Of a stretch of 64,000 nucleotides of DNA, positions 25,301-38,500 are shown piece by piece; position 1 is the stretch's first letter, and every line of letters starts with the position of its first letter. The DNA is from Paragordius varius (Eukaryota > Animalia > Nematomorpha). The stretch spans positions 11,532,001 to 11,596,000 of the forward strand of contig OZ176053.1 of the NCBI GenBank assembly GCA_964247055.1, read 5' to 3'. A program made the translations under genes and the position numbers. Under the pieces are notes generated by a model. The model ran no database searches. It saw nothing but the letters and a program-made list of their open reading frames with translations, and was not told where the DNA came from.

Positions 25301-28252
25301 ATTTGAAATTTTGTACATAAAATTTCTCGCGGTCTGTAGAAATATTACCGTACCCCTGGTTTCATGCAGCCAACATTAGCTTGAATTTCTGGCGTCCCCC
25401 TCCCCCTCTATGCGAGCCTTGCACTTTTTTTAAAAAATCCAAATTTAAACCGTGGTCATGACCACTCATAGATGGGTATTTTTTATCTATATTTACAATA
25501 AGAACTTTTAAATACCCATTTTTTGAAATAAAATTAAAAATTTGAAAATCCGGGGCGCCCTTTCAACAATGGCGCCAGGTATGCATCAGCCCACCTTTCC
25601 TCCCTCTACGTACGCGTCTGATACAGCCAATTATAACAAAGTTTGATTTTAATAATTATAATAAAAATTATTACATAGAGCACCCCAAAATGCGGGCATA
25701 GAAAAATCTAGAGGGGCAATAAATCTGGAGAATTCAATTAGAAAAGTAAACTTGAATCGAAGGTTAGTGAGGATCTAAGGTCAAATTTATCACGATTCGC
25801 CCCTGATATGGGCATTGATTATGATTTTTAAAATATTTTCATAAATTTTGCATTATTATCTTAGTACTTTTTTGGGGTAGAGGTTTAATATTTTTTTTCA
25901 TTTTGCATGGCCACGAACAAAAAAAGGTTGGGAACCGATGACGTAGAGTTTTTAAGACGATGAGTATATATAATTTTACAGTTTTTCATAAAACTGGTTC
26001 GTAGTTTTATATTCTATAGAAATAATTTATTAGTATAAAAGTTACCATATAACGGTGAAGTATCACTTTTTCTATATAAAAATGAGATGCATCGAGTTTG
26101 GCAAAAAAATAATACTTAGATGAAAAAATTACAGTTTTTAACAATCTTATAGTTTTATGAACCCTTTTGGTAAGAGTTTAACATTATGGATTGAATTATT
26201 TATTTTTTGTATTCCGAGAGTTTTAAACATTATGCGAAAGTTATTAAATAATTAATTCTAAATCAATACGAGCGACAAAAATGCCTAATACAGTCTAATG
26301 CACTAAACCGTTAGATTATTGACTATATAAGTTTTTTAAATGCTTTTGTTTCAAGACATATTAAAGTGACAAATATCATCTTTACACAACAACTAAATAA
26401 ATTTATCATTTAAACAATGATGTCTTAACAGACACAGTATAAATAAATATCACAAAATTGGTTTTATATTTAGGCAAGCAGTATGCTACGTCTCAATAAG
26501 TGATGTGAGATGATATGTGCACACAAAAATTTTGTTATATTAAGATTTATGATGAGGGCGTGCGATAGCATATTAAAAATATAATTTTGACATAAGATTA
26601 GACAACTGCCTCATACATTGGTCACTTGTTTATTATTTGCAAAATTGCAAAAATATATTATTATTCTACGCGCTGATAAAACCCATGCATATATAAGTTA
26701 TGCCTTAAGAATGTTTTTTACCAATCATAACTCTATGGATGCCTTACACATTTTTTAGTATTTACTATATTTTTCAACGCAACAAACATCATTTACTATC
26801 TAAAATTAATTTTATCACACATCTATAAAATGGAAAATTGCGACCTTATGATAGCTAATAAATATATATAAATCATTTCGTCAAATTTTATCTTACGATT
26901 AAGCTCATACATCATTATTAGGGCATTGAAAATTACTTTATATGTAAGTAAAAAATAATAAACACTAATAAAAACAAATTGGTTATTTTTTTTATCCACT
27001 ACATAATAGATAACATACTCATTTCCCTTTTTTTACAGTTAAAGATCAATAAGTTAAGCACCATAAAAACGGCATTATAAATTTCTCCAAATTTTATTAA
27101 ATATTAGGATTAATTTTTTGCGTAAGATTAAAACAACACACACACACACATATATATATATATAATCCAAATCAGTCACTTAGGTTTCAGGCCATTTAAA
27201 GATATCAAATCTAACAAATATTTTATAGAAAATCCATTTTTTAAGAAATGACTTTGAATAATTTTTTTATTAAAATGGCTATAAGAGTGCTACACAAGAT
27301 TTCGATTATTTTAAAATTAAGAATACTTTGGAGGCAAACTTCGAAAAGAAGTATTTTAAAGCCAATAAAACAAAGGTTATTTTAAAATTACACAATGGTG
27401 GTAATTAAAATCTTTTCAAAAACCAATTTTGAACGATAAAAAATCAATAAGATACGAGACTACGAGAAATAAAATATTCAAAGTAATTAAAAAAATGAAC
27501 CGTTTTCAATTTGTCTGCATTCTTTTATTAAAAATAATTAAATACGTTTTTTTATCCATGCGAACTAAAACAATTTATATCAAAAAGTATTTTTTCAACG
27601 ATGAAGTGTTTGCATAAAACATATTTTGAACTATTTGGTCAAAGGGGGGTATGTACGACATTTTTTGGAATATATATGATATTTTTTGCTTTTATTTTAC
27701 TGTTCTTTGTGAAATTATAAAACAATTTGTCCTTCTATGCAGTATCAACTGTCACAAATCCTAAAAAATGGTATTAATCTTTATGGCATGCCGACAATAA
27801 ATATTAGTTTTAGGATTTTTCAAAAACGTTGAAAATATTACACGCAAATTAAAATTTGTACAATATATATTAGCTTTATAACATAAATTGTAAAATTATT
27901 ACGTAAAAATGGTGATGGTTTTAAAATATATATATATATTTTTGTCAAAATTACTTTACACACTTTATATATATAGTCCAAATTATTTAAAAGTATGTGC
28001 CTTATGGAACATTTTTATGATTATATATGTTAACAAAACAAATTTTACAATATATATGTAAAAGATTAACATAGTTAATTTTCGAAGCAATGATATTTAG
28101 TGGTAACAGTTAAGACACCATATTATAAAATTTGGACATTTTAAATAAAAATACCATGTTTGGCAAGACTTATTTATGTCTTGAAAGCACATAATATATT
28201 AAAACAGAAAAAACATACTAAACACTTAAATTTATCATACTGTCCATAATAA

Positions 28253-29080
28253 AAGGCATTTGACATACCACGGAGTACAGTATGGTGGAGTTTAAGACAA
28301 AAAACTTCCCTGAAGGTTACATAAAAATTCTAAAAAGCATGTGCGGCTCTCACCATACCAAAGTTAAAACTCACGAGAACAAATCCTATTGAAATAAACC
28401 AAGGCTATGGATTGAGCAATCAGTCCGTTGGTATGTATAATATGCATGGACGAAATTTTAAAAGTGAAGCAATATGGTGGCTAATATTTTCTCTATGCAA
28501 ATGACCTAATAGTGATGTCAGGCGTATTGCAATTGAAAGAATTGGTGAGAAAATGGATTGGCATGTTACGACGGTGCGATTCAAAAGTCAATAAAAAATG
28601 CAGATATTTAGGAGCAATTTTGCAGTAGATAAATCTTGAAATAGTTGGGCAAATTATAAAAAGATCTTAGTAAATGTTTTGTGCGATAAAGTATTGATCC
28701 AAAAGTCAAAGGTAAGATTTACAGTGTTGTTGTACAGCCAATGATGATGTACAACTCACAGACATGGGCATTAAAAGAATCAGAAGAGAGGCACTTTGAG
28801 GTTACTGAAATGAGTATGCTTAGATTGATGTGAGGTATAACAGAAAGTAAGGTAAGTAATGTGCACATTAGAGGAAGTACGAAAATAGAGCAGATACGCA
28901 AATGATGATATTAAATCGTAGTAATAGTTTGGTTACGTACTAAGAAGAGATGGTAATATATTGGTAAAAAGATTGATTATATCCGTGAAGGGTAAGACGG
29001 TGCTCTAAAACGCGATGGATAGATATGGTTAAGAGGGACATGGCAAAACAGAACATAGAATGGGCGCCATAGACAGGATT
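28253..29080 (+). mobile_element. Old, internally deleted RTE-clade LINE relic, distinct from the 45-48 kb element
   Basis: KAFDIPRSTVWWSL, KGKIYSVVVQPMMMYNSQTWAL, EVTEMSMLRLM, FGYVLRRDG and RWIDMVKRDM remnants with stops. Confidence 0.75.
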
Positions 29081-29557
29081 CTATCCATAGTTTACGGATA
29101 TGACCCGCTCGAAAGAATGATATATTATACTACCAATAAGATTTAATTCTAATCAGTTATAAGCCTTCCTTACAGATGTTAGCCAAAAGAAACTGTCGAT
29201 AGTATCAGCAATAAGGGGAACAAATTGAGTTTTTCTATTTTAAAAAAACACACACACACCTAAGGAAAGATAATTTGACTCAATTATATCTTACTTTAAA
29301 ATAAATTATCAATGGAATACGTTCTATACACCATAAAAATATATTTAATAAAAAGATTATTACAAATATGTAAATATGTAATTACGAATTAAACAAATTT
29401 TTATAACATTATTTTGGTATATATATATATATATATATAGTATAGTTAATAAAAAGTTGTGTCTATTATCTATGACTGTCTAATATAATGTATATGTATC
29501 ATCAAATAAAGAATATATAGTTAGGGAATATAGTATGATATTAAAAAATAGAATCTG

Positions 29558-29591
<34 letters not shown>

Positions 29592-29932
29592 TAGATTATA
29601 TTTACTACATATTGCTGTTTTAGTTTTAAACTATTTTATAATAGGTATTATATATTTGGTGACATGTGTGAAAATTAAATTTCAAAATACATCATTATTT
29701 AATATATCAAAAATATGTTGGTAATGGTTAAATGTATGAATATAATATGACCAGGATAATTAGTTATTTTGGGTATTAATAATAAATTTTTTAATATAAC
29801 ATCTTCTTAAGTTACAACTATATCATGTGTAACTCTACTTTTGCCTTTTAAAATTAATTTATATATATATATATATATAATGCAAGAAATAAATATAAAT
29901 GATAAAGAATGATTAATAAATTAGAAACGAGA

Positions 29933-30011
29933 CTATTTGTTTTCAGTGTAAAATTCATTATTATTGAGCTGAAAAGATCCATCACTTTCCGACATATAAC
30001 GTTTACGGGCA
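29933..30011 (-). CDS. PDCD4: PDCD4 exon 13, terminal (G-ARKRYMSESDGSFQLNNNEFYTENK*); missed by the ORF track
   Basis: AACTAG acceptor (phase 2); matches human RGRKRFVSEGDGG; TAG stop at 29935-29933. Confidence 0.9.
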
Positions 30012-32501
30012 CTAGTTAATAAACGATAATTAATTATAAATAAATTTTGATGGATATGAATGTAATTCTCAAATCTTTTTAAAGATATATTTATATGTTA
30101 TTTTATAGGTAGCTTAAAATCTTCACAAAAAAACAAATATTTAAAAAGAAAAGGCTTGGGATAACTTTTTATATGGCGGCGATCTTTCGTTTTTTAAAAT
30201 AAACCAAAATTTCAAAAATTTACCAGTAGCATACATGATAAAGATTTTTATATATTATCTCTATATTTAACGGACTTAATCGCAAAAATAAGGGCCTTAA
30301 AATATAATCGATTTGTTTATTATACGATTGCAGCTTCTTATTCCTAAACTTTAATTCATACTTTACAAATTTTTGCTGTAATTTACAGATTTTTTTTCAA
30401 AAAGTCCTAAATTGTTTGGTAGCAAAGTTACTCACCCCTGAGCAAAATTAAGCGTTGGTTTCCTCATTTTGGACATGATATCACGCATGATGGTTGTAAC
30501 GAAAGCACTCTGTTGACTATCTTGGTAGAGATTATTAGGTAGTCTGCTGGGTATATCACAATAATTGTAGAATCCATCATGCATCATCCCAGCAGCACAA
30601 TTGGCATTATCTACACTGGGTGAAACGTGGAGTCTCTTATTATGATTGCTGCTCATCATCCAATCATGAGATGGCGCTTTCGTTGCACTAGCGGTTGAAT
30701 AAACGCGTGTTCGAGTTGTATTACCATACATTGCACTGGACTCAGGCACGATATTATTATCTGTAATGGTTATCATAATATACCATTTACAGTTCAAGTT
30801 CACCCTTAAACAATTCAAATTCACCCTAAAAATAAATTATGTGTTTTCGAACTAGTATAATTCATTATTAATATGAAATTGTATATGGTATAGTTTATTA
30901 TTTTTTCAGTATTATTTTAATTTAAAACAAAACTTTTATTTTTGAAAAATATATAAAATATAGGTAATTTTAAATTTTAAAAAACATATATTTTATTTGA
31001 GGGTGAATTTGAACTGTTCGAGGGTGAATTTGAATTGTTCAAGGGTGAATTTGAATTGTTTAAGGGTGAAATTGAACTATAAATGGTATATTACAATGTT
31101 ATATGGTGTTTGGTGTGCAGCAAAATTAATCAAGGTTTTTTTCACATGACTTACTCTTTGTTAAATAGGTTTTTAGCACAAAATTATTATGTTTCTAGAT
31201 AATTTATTCTAGTTAAAGTTTGGCTTGACCGGCTATGAAAGCATTATTACCGCTCACAAAAATAACCAGATAAAAATATTAAAAGTATTATGCGTATGAT
31301 TTTTAAATTATATATAAAATAATGGTAAAAACTCAAATCTAAAGTATGAAAAAAATGTAAATTATTACAAAATTTCCATTTATTATTGTATTTGACACTT
31401 AATTAGACATTAAATTTCATTTTGTTTGGTTTATTAGTAATTAAACTGAAAACACCCCTCCAAAAACAATTTTGTAAGATGATATCCAAAAATTTAGAGA
31501 TATGGTAAAGCAGTGATTTACTAAATAGAGAGTAAATTTAATATAACATGCGCAAATGCGAAAAATAAAAAAATAACGTTTATTATATAATCTAAAATTT
31601 ATTTTTAGATATATTAATCCCATGAGTTTAATAAATTTTTGTATTTATTGAGCTGTACGCGATTAATTACTTTTTTGCCTCTGCCGTACAATTGTAAATC
31701 AAATACTGTCATTATTAAAATAAAACAATTTCCCAAACTAAAAACTAGGGCGCAAAAGACATTTATTTGAATAAAGGTTTATTTTATTACGATTTTTAGG
31801 CCTTTACAATACTTTTTCCAAGCACATGGTTAAGTTAGAACAAAATTTGAAACCTTTATAAATTTTGGAAACATAATAAAAGCAAAAATAATACACAAAA
31901 TTCAAATGCAAAATTTAAAATACCGAATGCATTTAACTCCAAAATTTCTATTAACCAGAATAATTAAATCTGTCATATAGAGTGCTAACAAACACAAAAC
32001 TAGCCCTTCGATTATTATTAACGAAAAATGTTATATTATACCCCATAATTTTTAGGTAATTTATTTTTATTTTGGTTAATATCTCACTAAAATTTAAAAA
32101 AAGTTTCTACCAAAACACATTATAAATTTGGTAATTACCGTGTTTAATATATTAAATTTTTTATTATTAAAAAAATACGCATAATAGTAAGGGTTTCGTT
32201 TAAGGTTTCATTCACAGAGTTTTCGTTTCCAATATTAAATTGATTCGTATTGATCGAATCTCCATTCTCATGGCTGCATAAATCAACAAACTGTTCAAAG
32301 AGTTCTTTGGCTTTGGGTATAACCTTACAGATTTTAGGCAAATCTTCGATCAAACGTTCAAATCCCTATATAATTATTATGATAAAAAACTTTAAGATTA
32401 TCTAAAAATTTGTTGAATATGATTATATAGTTTTTATGAATGCGCTTGTTTAGGTAGACCATAATAAAAATCTAGTTGCAAAAAATCCTAGAAACAAGGG
32501 A

Positions 32502-32548
<47 letters not shown>

Positions 32549-35500
32549 TAAACTATAGAATGTATACCGTATCAATCGAATTGCAATCCAATACACCCTC
32601 AACATCTACCAAATAAGCCAGCAAATTACGAATTAAGAGTGCCGTTTTATAGGTTCCATCCTTAAGGACTAGGACTAGAGCACGATAAACATATTCATGA
32701 TGGAAATGAGGGACATTCAATTCCTTCAAGGCACGCCCAGCCCTTTCCATGCCATCTTTGATCCAATCTTTAGTGCGAATACTCATATCAAGAGTGTCCA
32801 TATTATCATCTAAACCAATAAAAAACTTATATTGATTGGTTTTTTATAATATGGATGATACACAGCCAGAGATGTTATGACAATTCGTTGGGTTTGAAAA
32901 TACAACTTACTCTTTAAAAAAGTATACATTTTGCATTAAACAAAAAAAAAGGTTTCAAAATATAATTATATATATATTTTATGACAAAATCGGTTCCAGT
33001 CCTAATCTGGCATATGAGTATGTTACTAAAATATATCTATTAATTTAAAAGTAAATTAATTTTTTTTATGGAAATAAATTTATAGGAAGTTTATTACATC
33101 TTAAGCGATCCATAACATTAATTAATTAATAACGATTAAAAATGGAAATATAAAAAATGAAAAGTAAAAGACAATCTATTTATGAGTATAATGATATTCC
33201 ATTTTTAATTATTAACCTAGAAGAATAGAGTATGTTACCAATTTACATATATCTGGTCCTTATTACGCAACAAAAATGTTAATTTTTGAAAATATCGTAC
33301 TTTAAAACTGATTTTCGAGTAAATATATTTGTTGGTAAAACTTTTTATGTTTTGATTGGGAAAAAACATATTCTTTACAACTGAATAACTCATTATATAC
33401 CAATCTTAGCTGGACACATTATATCATCAATCAGAGTATCGTGTTGTTCAGATAAAAATCTGCGTAAATTTCGATCCATTAACTTAATGAGCGTTTTTAT
33501 GGGCAAAGCACTGCCCGTTGCACCCCATATAGCGGCTAAATTATCGTGAACCTTATCTCTGGCTATAAGCATCGCATCCATATTACTCACAGGTTCTAAG
33601 AAATTTATTATGCAATAAATAAGATTAAAATATATACCATTTACAGTTAAATTCAACCTCGAGCAATTCGATTTCACCCTGGATTACAAATTGACCCTCG
33701 AACAATTACAATTCACTCTCAAAAAAATTATATGTTTTTAAAGATTAAAATTTACCTACATTTTATTCATTTTTTAGAAAATATAATTTTGTTTTAAATT
33801 AAAATAATAAAACTAACAAAATATAAACTATGCCATAAAGATATCATACATATGAATGATGATATAAGCCCGAAAAACATAAATTAATTTCAGGGTAAAT
33901 TTGAATTCAAGGGCGAGTTTGAATTGTAATATTGAAATTTATTAATAATTAAATCTACCCCAAACCATGATGAAGAACAGTTATGTGTTTAAAAACCATA
34001 AACCTATATTTTACATTCCTATTTGAATTGAACGTAAATATGAGGAAATATCGCTAGAGTTAATTTTTTCCTTTTCTGTTATTACCAAATATAATAACGG
34101 TTTATATTAGATTTTTTGGCTGTATAAAAAACGAGCGACATTTTACTAGCAATTATTTTTTGGCGCAAAATAGTTTGATAATTAATTAAACTAGTAATGG
34201 ATGATATTATGTAAAATATATATATATATATATATATATATTTAAAACTACTTTATAAGTAATTAAAAAATACTTATATAATATTTAAAAGAGTATAAAG
34301 TAATGTAAAAAGAATTTAATAATATATACCCCCCAAAGTTATCGATTCCCCATGATGTCGCAAATAGTATTGCGAAGTGAAGGGATATTTGAGCAAATAT
34401 TTAGCACGATCTATAGCTTTCCTGTAGAGTTAATAAAAGTAAAATTTATATATAAATGTCAATATAATAGCCTAATATTTTATTATTTAATCATTTATAG
34501 AGTGTAGTAAATTTGAAAATAAACGAGTAAAACATTAAATATCCCCCTTTAGGTCATTTTAAATGCAAAACGATATTGAAAAAAACATTTGATTTACTGA
34601 TAATAATCGTTGATACAAAGTTAAAACTTCGGTTCTATTATAAAATTTTTTGAAATTAAGGTTAAAATCAACAAAACAACATTTTTCGGGAAATTTAATA
34701 AATAATTGTGAAATGTATTATATTTATAGAAATATTAAAACACACAAAAACATTACGCTAAAAATTAGCTCAAACACTTTATTATTTTCAACACATGTAA
34801 ATTATATTATTAAATTTGAACAAAATCAATAGTAAAAAACATCAATAAACTTTCAACAGTTTTTAATACCATTAATAACTGAACGTATATTTATTCTCTA
34901 ATTTTAAAATGAGTAAAAAAAATAAATATTTTAAAAATAACCGTATATGATCAAGTGTGTCTGGATGAAACGTTACAGGACTTTGATAAAAGTACATTTC
35001 TAATTGATCCAAAGCTTCCACCTCAAGGCAATCATCGCCAATGACACGTGCCAAAAAATTGCCTACAATCTAAAGATAATTGAGTGATGAGTCATATATT
35101 AAGTTGTGTACAGTATTTACTTTTTAATATACTTAAAATAGAATAACAAAATTATTGAAGTTTATAAAGTTAAATGTTTGCATTCAAACGGTTTTAAAGC
35201 CATATATATATAACAAAGCATAAACCGTTCGCAAATCATCCATATATTTAATATTTGAGTATTCTCTATAATAGTAAGTAGGTATAACATTAATCAAGAC
35301 AAAATTTTTTTTTCTCCACAAAAAATTTCACCTGTGGTGCACCAGGGATATCGACAGTCCATTCATTCAAATCATCTCTCAAGATGGATAAGAATGTTAT
35401 GTAAAAATCACTTTTATCCATCACAAATTCGTACAAGGGTGACACAACATTTTGACCATTTAGAGCGGTACTAACTATGCCTGTCCCCCCAATCGACGAA

Positions 35501-38500
35501 GACGTGGTCGTTGTTGAAAAAGAACGCATACGACCAATGTTGTTTGAAAACGATGATTTATGTTCATGATGACTATTGGAAAGAATAGATGATGAAGTGG
35601 AAATGTGGTTGTGAGATAAACTAACGCCACGTTGTTTGGACTGGGCCGAATCTGTCCACAAATGTAGTATAAGGTAGAGTGATTATATATACATAAATAT
35701 ATACAATGTAATTGTTGGAAATTTAAATTTATTGGCCAAAAGGGACTATTCTGGAATGATATATATATATATATATAATCATGGTATAATACCAAACTTC
35801 CTGTGATATATAAAGGTATTTAATTTAAAAAAACTAAGTTTATATGGGCTGCAATTAGAAATTATAGATCGTTATTAATTTTGATAAATTAACCATATTT
35901 TATCATAATTTTCTGAATAAGATTATCAATTCTCTATAAATTATATAGAAAAACCAAAGTAAGGTTATTAAATATTTAACATTCGTTCACTTTTGCAGAT
36001 TTATTGAAATTGAATTTAACTTTTTATGGGAGAAATTCTTTTGCAGTTTGATATCTATCGCAGACATATTAATTATGCCAACGATAAGCTGGTTATTTAA
36101 AAAAACTATTCTATTTATCTTCAAATTTCTCCATTAATAATTTATAATGTAATTACAACTATGCAACACCTAAAAATTGAAACTCATTATGTAAAAGCTA
36201 TCGCTAAAAAATTAACAATTATAATATTATGCTATAATTTGTCAAATATATTAATTAAAGTTTTGTAATATATATATTGGCACAATAATTACAAAAAAAA
36301 CTATATGTATAAGGAAAAATGTGTAAAACTAAAAAATGATATATTATATATATATATATAACATGCAGTTCTATTACCATTGGTGTTATCATTAACGGTG
36401 TTGATAGATGATGTGTTATCGTAATCCGATGAAATTGCTGAATCATATTGCTGTAATAATATCGGTTGTTTATCCATAATATTAGTTGGCCGAGATTCTT
36501 TGGACACATGGTCCCAACTTTTATTTGTATCAATGGTTGATGTCGTACTTGAATGTATATTCATTCCACCTGTAATACAATTTTGAAAATTAAAATAGAT
36601 TTGAACGATACTACACACATAGATTCAAATTTCTATTTTTTGGGTGTGCAAAAACTATATATACCATTTGCACTTCAAAAGTGTCCTTGAACAATTCAAG
36701 TTGGTCCTTTGATTTTTTTGTTTTGTTTTAAACTTTTATCAATCAAATCGTAAATAATTCATCTATTTAATTGTTTTTAACCTATTTTCTATTATTTGCA
36801 TAAATTTAAAATCAATATCAACTTTTATTCTTTGAGAAACCGTATATCTTCATTAATTTCTTTATATAATTTTATTTATTCATAAGATTTTAACACGAAA
36901 TGAAAAAATATATAAGTTTTCTGGGTTATTAATAAAAAATTTTTATTAAAAACATTTAAAAGTCAATAATTTTGTTTAATTGAAAAAAAAATAGTTTGAA
37001 ACAAAAAAGTGGTTTTTAAATAAAAAATTTTATTTTTAAATGAATAAATATATAATAAATAAAGAAAATTAGGTTAATAAATAATAAAATAAAAAAATAA
37101 ATGCAAAAATTATGGTTAAATCAAAACTTATAAATTTTAGACCAACTTGGAGTGTTCAAGGACCAACTTGAAGTGTGTAAGGACACTCTTGAAGTGCAAA
37201 TGGTATATATTTTTTTCGTCTGTAACTACTTATGGGTCTAGGCAAAAAACCATCATTAATTAATTTAATGAAGGTTTCTAAAAGAACGGCTTTACAAATA
37301 TTTTGGGCAAAAATTGGTCATTAGGCACATTCTTTTCTTCCCTATTAATGTTAGTTAGTTAATTAGCGATTCGTTAAAATCTTTTTACTTTGTAGTAAAT
37401 TAGTTCGATCGTGTTCAAGTCCACAATTTTCATTGGTATTATCATTGGGAGAGCAAACACCGCCATGTAAATCAATATGTGGGCCCATTTCAGACAAGAG
37501 GATAGATGTAAGTTCTTTATCACCATCTTTGCGATCAAGGGCAAGACTTATAGCTAATCGAGCAATTTTGGGTCTTAAACTCGGAGGCACATTCAATTCA
37601 AACAATGAATCCTATGCACGTCAAAAAAAAATTTTATGGTAACGGAAGGGTTACAATTTTTTCAAACTAAAAATTTTAATTGTAAAATAGGGCAAAAAAT
37701 AGACCAAGAATAGAGTAAGTGTATAAACTAAATGGATTATTGATAAAAATAAAACCAAAAAGGGAAGAAGCATTTTTTGTAGTCATATTCTTTAGTCATC
37801 TTATTTATTTAATATAAACATATCCATAATATTGGTTATATGGATCTATTAAATTGATAAATAGGAACATTTTTTAATATCAGGTCAAGATAAAAATTAC
37901 ATGCTTTCAGATTCTCTACACAAATTTCAAGACCGATATATAGAATAATTTTCTTTACTGTATTTATTCTAAAGAGGTAGCCTGCAGCCCGTGAAAAAAA
38001 ATTATTTTTTTTAACAAATTTTTTTAATATAAATCTTATTTGACAATGAACTAGCAAAAAATTTTAAAACAAATAGTTATTTTTAATTAAGTTTAAAATT
38101 TAATAAAATATTTGTTATTGCCCATATATTTTGTGAATACGGCCCGCAAAGCCATTTGTGTTGGACACCCCTGCTCTAAGTTATGGTGATTTCGGCTTCA
38201 CTTTTTACTTTAAAGATTAATTAATTAGATAAATATAATGTATATTTTATCCGTATACTTTCAGGTTTTATTAAAATATAATAATAATAATAATAAAAAT
38301 TATTAAGTAAAAAATTTAACATGTTATCTAATTTGCTAGTATAGAGTTAATTACACATATAGTTGGATATAATTATATGTCACAAGACTCTTAGTTTGGA
38401 AGCTAACGTTATTATATAAAGTTAAAAATAGCAAAAGATAATTTTTATTTTTATATATATAAATACAGAAATATATTATATTGTCATAAAATAAAGTATT

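Noticed and set aside
30000-30016. CGGGCACTAGT as a Helitron 3' end
   Set aside because: It is the acceptor and first codons of PDCD4 exon 13 on the minus strand.
34960-34975. A second micro-intron (16 nt, GTAACGTTTCATCCAG) invoked to fix the phase in PDCD4 exon 7
   Set aside because: Not needed once exon 34421-34330 was found; that exon matches the human sequence and fixes the phase.
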